DNA of 64,000 nt, taken from Candidatus Nomurabacteria bacterium (GTDB lineage: Bacteria; Patescibacteriota; Minisyncoccia; Phycocordibacterales; UBA5272). Below are positions 59,467 through 64,000 of this stretch, piece after piece. The translations under genes and the position numbers were made by a program. Location of the stretch: positions 145,437-209,436 of the forward strand of contig JBEIQD010000001.1 of assembly GCA_040376695.1 (NCBI GenBank). The letters run 5' to 3'. Numbering within the stretch: position 1 is the stretch's first letter; each line of letters starts with the position of its first letter. Under the pieces are notes generated by a model. It was given only the letters and a program-made list of their open reading frames with translations, was not told the origin of the DNA and did not search any database.

Positions 59467-60063
59467 ATGTCGGTTAAAACTGAAACGGTTGATACGTATA
59501 ACAAAAGTGCAGCAGCACTTGCGAAAAAATTTAATGCAATTGGCGCACGGGTTGAAGATATCGAATATGTTTTTTCTTACTGCGGGAAAAGTAATCCTTT
59601 TGTACTAGAAATTGGCTGCGGAAATGGAAGAGATGCGCAAGAAATAATTAAACGAACTAATAACTATCTTGGTATTGATATTTCTCAAGAACTACTTAAT
59701 ATTGCGCAAAAGAGTCTCCCAGAAACAATATTTACAGTTGCCGATGTAGAAGAGTTTACATTTCCACAAGATATTGATATCGTCTTTGCTTTTGCTTCTC
59801 TCATTCATGTTCCCAAAGAAGGTTTTTTTAACATTATGGAACAACTCTTTGAATCTGTCACAAAACACGGACTTGTGTTTGTCTCTCTTAAATATTCAGA
59901 TGTATACGAGCAAGTGACAAAAGAAGATGAATTTGGAACTCGTACGTATTGGCATTACTCACAAAGTGATGTTCAAAATCTGGCTGCTGGTTTTACGGTT
60001 GCACATACAAGCATTCAAGAAATTGCAGGACAAATGTGGATCGATGTTTTGTATCAAAAATAA
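59467..60063 (+). CDS. Class I SAM-dependent methyltransferase
   Basis: Motif I VLEIGCGNGRD. Confidence 0.8.
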   Translation: MSVKTETVDTYNKSAAALAKKFNAIGARVEDIEYVFSYCGKSNPFVLEIGCGNGRDAQEIIKRTNNYLGIDISQELLNIAQKSLPETIFTVADVEEFTFPQDIDIVFAFASLIHVPKEGFFNIMEQLFESVTKHGLVFVSLKYSDVYEQVTKEDEFGTRTYWHYSQSDVQNLAAGFTVAHTSIQEIAGQMWIDVLYQK

Positions 60064-60101
60064 ATTCTTGAAAACATTCTTTGCTGTGGTATTGTAAAGA
60101 G

Positions 60102-61577
60102 ATGGACACCTCTCCCGAGCGAATTTTTGAACTACTGCCGAAACTACCGAAACCAGAAAAGGAGCTTATTTCTCGCGCCTGCGTTTTTGCAGAAAAGGCC
60201 CACCGTGGACAAGTACGTAAATCAGGCGAACCTTACTACAACCATGTATTTGCAACAGGATACAATCTTGCAACTCTTAAGATGGATAGTGATACTATCG
60301 CCGCAGGCATCATGCATGATGTACTGGAAGACACAGATGTCACAGAAGAGGAGATGACGGCAGAATTTGGTGAGCACATTACTAAGCTCGTTCAAGGCGT
60401 GACAAAACTCGGTAAGTTACGATATTCAGGAGTGGAGCGTCACGTGGAATCATTACGAAAATTCTTCGTTGCTATGGCAGATGATATTCGTGTGGTGGTT
60501 ATTAAACTCTGCGACAGACTTCACAATATTCAAACACTACAATATGTAGATGCACACAAACAGCATCGTATCGCGCTCGAAACAATAGAACTTCACGCTC
60601 GACTTGCTGACCGTCTTGGTATGGGACGATTAAAAGCTGAACTTGAAGATGCAGCATTCCCGTATGTCTACCCTGAAGAATACAAACAAACGGTTGAACT
60701 CTTTAAATCTCTTCGCCCAATCTCTGATGAGCAGCTTGAAAAAGTGGTAGGGAAACTAGAAGAAGAGCTTTCAATATTCGATGTTCGCATTGAACGTATC
60801 GACTCACGCATCAAACACCTTTATTCGCTCTGGCATAAACTAAAGCGCTATAAAATGGATCAGAGTAAGATTTACGATGTGATTGCCCTTCGTATACTTG
60901 TACCATCACCTTCTGACTGCTACCAAGCTCTTGGGGTCATCCACGGGCTCTACAGACCTGTTCCTGGACGCTTCAAGGACTATATTGCAGTACCTAAACC
61001 AAACGGCTATCGATCGCTCCACACGACTATCTTCTCGGGAGACGGAACAACACTTGAAATTCAGATCAAAACAAAAGACATGCATGAAGAAGCTGAATAC
61101 GGTATTGCTTCTCATTTGTCATACAAAGAAATTGGTAAAGCAAATGGCAACATGACTGAACAGGAAATAAAAAGAAAGATTGGATGGACAAAAGATCTTC
61201 TTGAGTGGCAGAAAGATGTGGAACATCATCAAGAGTTTATGAAGAACTTACGCACTGACTTTTTCGAAAAGCGTGTGTTCGTTCTTACCCCAAAAGGAGA
61301 TGTTATCGACCTTCCAGAAGGATCAACTCCTATTGATTTCGCTTATGCTGTTCACTCAAAAATCGGAGACCACCTCGCGGGCGCCAAAATAAACGGTAAA
61401 CTTGTTCCAATCGATACTACGCTCAAAAACCGCGACGTGATAGAGATCGATGTAAAAGATAGCGCATTCCCAAAACGTAAATGGCTTGAAATGGTGCGCA
61501 CCACTATGGCGAAAAGAAAGATACGCCAATATATCCGCGAGCACGGAGGATTGATTGATAAATTCCTCACAAGATAA
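60102..61577 (+). CDS. Bifunctional (p)ppGpp synthetase/hydrolase Rel/SpoT-type (HD + synthetase + TGS, no ACT)
   Basis: HD motif HDVLEDT. Synthetase domain (RIKHLYSLWHKLKRY, DVIALRILV). TGS (VFVLTPKGDVIDLPEGSTPIDFAYAVHS). Confidence 0.85.
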   Translation: MDTSPERIFELLPKLPKPEKELISRACVFAEKAHRGQVRKSGEPYYNHVFATGYNLATLKMDSDTIAAGIMHDVLEDTDVTEEEMTAEFGEHITKLVQGVTKLGKLRYSGVERHVESLRKFFVAMADDIRVVVIKLCDRLHNIQTLQYVDAHKQHRIALETIELHARLADRLGMGRLKAELEDAAFPYVYPEEYKQTVELFKSLRPISDEQLEKVVGKLEEELSIFDVRIERIDSRIKHLYSLWHKLKRYKMDQSKIYDVIALRILVPSPSDCYQALGVIHGLYRPVPGRFKDYIAVPKPNGYRSLHTTIFSGDGTTLEIQIKTKDMHEEAEYGIASHLSYKEIGKANGNMTEQEIKRKIGWTKDLLEWQKDVEHHQEFMKNLRTDFFEKRVFVLTPKGDVIDLPEGSTPIDFAYAVHSKIGDHLAGAKINGKLVPIDTTLKNRDVIEIDVKDSAFPKRKWLEMVRTTMAKRKIRQYIREHGGLIDKFLTR

Positions 61578-61578
61578 A

Positions 61579-61612
61579 ATAAAAGCGACTCGGTGTGAGT
61601 CGCTTTTATTTT
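61579..61612. terminator. Bidirectional terminator AAAAGCGACTC-GGTGT-GAGTCGCTTTT
   Basis: Seen directly. Shared by rel (+) and the DUF1653 gene (-). Confidence 0.7.
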
Positions 61613-61883
61613 ACTGCATTCTTACAAACGGATATCTCACTACTTCTTTTCCATCGAGTGTAGCTTGCGCAATCCAAGAAACTAGTGAACGATTAAATTT
61701 TACTGCTGCAGCATTCTCATAGAGTGGAACATACTCAACGTGCCATTCATCGCTATCTGAATTAAGTGATATTCCTGTAACAAGATACTCTTTGTCTAGA
61801 TTTTTGTAATGCACATAAATTCCTCCTACTATTGGTGCATCACTTGGGATTTCAAAATATTCACTCATACTTTTATAGTGCAA
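61611..61883 (-). CDS. DUF1653-family small protein
   Basis: 90 aa. GIYVHYKN...EYVPLY pattern reminiscent of DUF1653. Overlaps parB by 11 nt. Confidence 0.5.
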   Translation of the reverse strand: MHYKSMSEYFEIPSDAPIVGGIYVHYKNLDKEYLVTGISLNSDSDEWHVEYVPLYENAAAVKFNRSLVSWIAQATLDGKEVVRYPFVRMQ

Positions 61884-63018
61884 AATTTTTCACATTATAC
61901 AGATCATCATTCTGTTCCTCTTCTTTTACTTCTTGAATTGACCTATCGTCCACAAGCGTATTTGTTGGCTCATAGATAGTATCTTCAATATCTTCTTCAA
62001 TTGCTTCGCTCGATACCTGTGTAGCGGCGCTATCAACTAGTTCACGGACTTCTTCCTGCGTTGCCTGCGGTTGTAGATGAGTTAATTCTTCCTCGGTTAC
62101 GGGGCGAATATGGCGAGGACTTCCTGATTGCTCAGCAAGCGTCTCCATATCTTCTTCTTTCAATCTATCAAACATTCCCTTGTGAGTTTTTGCTTCCCCT
62201 GCTTTTCGTATAGCGATGGAAAGAGCAAGTAGTTCTTCATGAGAAAAGTAATCAATCCAAATACGTCCTCCGCGTTCACGTGGTTCAATTTGAACACGAG
62301 TACCAAGCGTCTCCGCTAGCTTCTCTTCCATATCCACAACATCAGGCGTCATAAACAAATCCTTTTTACGAACCTTTTCAAATGCAATACGTCGCGCAAT
62401 CTGTTCTGCTTCACGAACGGTCATCTTTCGCACCATCATTTCTTTAAACAATGTCATCTGCTCCTGTGGCCTATCAATGAGCATAAGGAGTGGTCGAGTG
62501 TGGCCTTCACTTATCTGTCCTTTTGAAAGCGCATCCAAAATATCCTGAGGAAGCATAAGAATACGCACCGTGTTTGATACGTATTCACGACTCTTGCCCA
62601 TTTTCTTTCCCACCTCTGTCCAATTTAATTTAAATTCATCAGCAAGACGCTGGAATGATTGTGCACGCTCAACAGCATTCAAATCTTCACGCTGAAGGTT
62701 TTCAATGATGGCGAGTTCTAATTTCGCACGACTATCATCTCCTGTGCGAACAACAACTGGCACTTGTGTGACTCCTGCCATTTTTGAAGCACGAAGACGT
62801 CGTTCCCCAGCAATGAGTTCATACTCTACCTTTACTCCACCATCTTCTAGACTTGTTTCCATTCTAGAAACAACAAGCGGCTGAAGTACTCCATACTGAC
62901 GAATACTATCTGAGAGTTCTTTTAGTCTATCTGCATCAAATTCCCGTCGTGGTTGATACGGGTTTGGTACAATCTTATCTGTTTCTATCCAAAAAATTGA
63001 TGTCTCTACGTGTGCCAT
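61873..63018 (-). CDS. parB: ParB/Spo0J chromosome partitioning protein with extended acidic C-terminus
   Basis: ParB box GERRLRA. N-terminal ParB/Srx domain, HTH. 381 aa. Confidence 0.85.
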   Translation of the reverse strand: MAHVETSIFWIETDKIVPNPYQPRREFDADRLKELSDSIRQYGVLQPLVVSRMETSLEDGGVKVEYELIAGERRLRASKMAGVTQVPVVVRTGDDSRAKLELAIIENLQREDLNAVERAQSFQRLADEFKLNWTEVGKKMGKSREYVSNTVRILMLPQDILDALSKGQISEGHTRPLLMLIDRPQEQMTLFKEMMVRKMTVREAEQIARRIAFEKVRKKDLFMTPDVVDMEEKLAETLGTRVQIEPRERGGRIWIDYFSHEELLALSIAIRKAGEAKTHKGMFDRLKEEDMETLAEQSGSPRHIRPVTEEELTHLQPQATQEEVRELVDSAATQVSSEAIEEDIEDTIYEPTNTLVDDRSIQEVKEEEQNDDLYNVKNFAL

Positions 63019-63103
63019 ACTCTTTTATCTGCTGAGTATACCATGTCGAGAAATATGATTATTAGATTTGTGGATTGTGTGCGGTTACTATAGAATCAAC
63101 ACT

Positions 63104-63952
63104 ATGAACCACTTTCTACGTAAGAAAAAACTGTACTTCGCCTGCGGCCTTGGTCTAGTTGTTATCATAATTCTATTGAGATTAACGTGGAACCCAATTG
63201 GAGAAGCGTTGATTGAAAATGAAAAAGTCCAACAGGTAGTTACAACTATTAAGGACACACTCGACAAAGACCCGGTTCTCTTTGAATACGTACAAGTAAA
63301 TGAAAGCTGTGGACCGGCATACGAAGGAATTTGTGTAAACGTGAGATCTGGAGCAAGTACACAATCTCCTGTTGTATTTCAAGCGAGAAATGGAACTGTT
63401 TTTAAAGTACAAGGTAAAGTCACAGCAGAAAACAGAGAGTGGTATCAACTTTCCTTTGATGATGAGTGGCTACGATACCCTGAGCGTGTAGAGGGTGATA
63501 TGTATATATCCGAGGAGTATGTTACTTCTTTTTTAGACGAAGGGGCTAAAGAAATCACCTCGACAACAACCAAAACAATTAAACATATTATAGTAGATAG
63601 AAGTGAGCAAACCTTGTATGCATATGAAGGTGATATTCTCTTTATGAAAGAAAAAGTTTCAACAGGAATAGAGCTGACACCTACCCCGCGCGGCACCTTT
63701 ACTGTTTTTAAAAAGACACCGAGTAGATACATGCAAGGACCTATTCCAAACATAAGTGATCATTACTACGACTTACCTGGTGTTCCTTGGAATTTATATT
63801 TCACAGAAGAAGGTGCTGTTATCCATGGCGCATATTGGCACAACAGCTTTGGAAAAGTTTGGTCAAACGGCTGTGTTAACCTTCCAATTGCAAGTGCAGA
63901 AAAACTATATCGATGGGCAGACCTTGGCACTAAAGTGTTAGTAAGAGATTAG
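63104..63952 (+). CDS. L,D-transpeptidase (YkuD domain) with N-terminal TM anchor
   Basis: Catalytic HGAYWHNSFGKVWSNGCVNL (His...Ser/Gly-Cys) motif. Start placed at MNHFLRKKK. Confidence 0.8.
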   Translation: MNHFLRKKKLYFACGLGLVVIIILLRLTWNPIGEALIENEKVQQVVTTIKDTLDKDPVLFEYVQVNESCGPAYEGICVNVRSGASTQSPVVFQARNGTVFKVQGKVTAENREWYQLSFDDEWLRYPERVEGDMYISEEYVTSFLDEGAKEITSTTTKTIKHIIVDRSEQTLYAYEGDILFMKEKVSTGIELTPTPRGTFTVFKKTPSRYMQGPIPNISDHYYDLPGVPWNLYFTEEGAVIHGAYWHNSFGKVWSNGCVNLPIASAEKLYRWADLGTKVLVRD

Positions 63953-63990
63953 AAAAAGAGCTATACAAGTTTGTATAGCTCTTTTTCTCT
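63953..63990 (+). terminator. Rho-independent terminator AAAGAGCTATACAAGTTTGTATAGCTCTTT + T-tract
   Basis: Seen directly. Confidence 0.65.
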
Positions 63991-64000
63991 GTTTGTGCCG

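Overview
This window reads as a gene-dense, low-GC (roughly 40%) bacterial chromosome segment. The many shortened housekeeping proteins suggest a Candidate Phyla Radiation / Patescibacteria (Parcubacteria-like) genome. About 16 kb (14.9-31 kb) and most of 31-47 kb are transcribed from the minus strand. From 50.6 kb onwards most genes are on the plus strand.

Core genes:
- Cell division, translation and RNA processing: ftsEX, RF2 (prfB), DUF167-trmD, KH-protein, rpsP, RNase R, and IF2-rbfA.
- DNA handling and chromosome maintenance: a short SMC, dprA-topA, ParB, and ClpB.
- Energy and cell envelope: the complete F1Fo ATP synthase operon (atpBEFHAGDC), undecaprenyl-PP phosphatases, a DsbA-like oxidoreductase, and an L,D-transpeptidase.
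- Redox and metal homeostasis: Bcp, a Fur/Zur-ZIP divergent pair, MsrA/MsrB, Fe/Mn-SOD, and a cysteine desulfurase.
- Other single genes: mnmA, mltG, leuS, a Rel/SpoT-type enzyme, and an SAM-methyltransferase.

Seven tRNAs are identifiable by hand-folding: Gln-CTG, Thr-GGT, Tyr-GTA, Leu-TAG, Lys-CTT, Cys-GCA and Leu-TAA. There are several clean bidirectional rho-independent terminators. A structured GC-rich intergenic element matches the SRP RNA helix-8 motif.

The most unusual content:
(i) A 1310-aa STAND/NACHT-like P-loop NTPase with an adjacent 4-TM protein sits immediately 3' of tRNA-Gln in a very AT-rich block. This is a candidate uncharacterised defence or signalling module.
(ii) A NUDIX hydrolase domain is inserted into leucyl-tRNA synthetase.
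(iii) A roughly 65% GC, 444-bp gene for a secreted protein is embedded in AT-rich DNA, a likely horizontal acquisition.
(iv) A tandem pair of paralogous small Cys-containing proteins of unknown function.
(v) The atp operon is split between atpB and atpE by an antisense small ORF with its own promoter and terminator.

No CRISPR array, IS element or integrase was seen.
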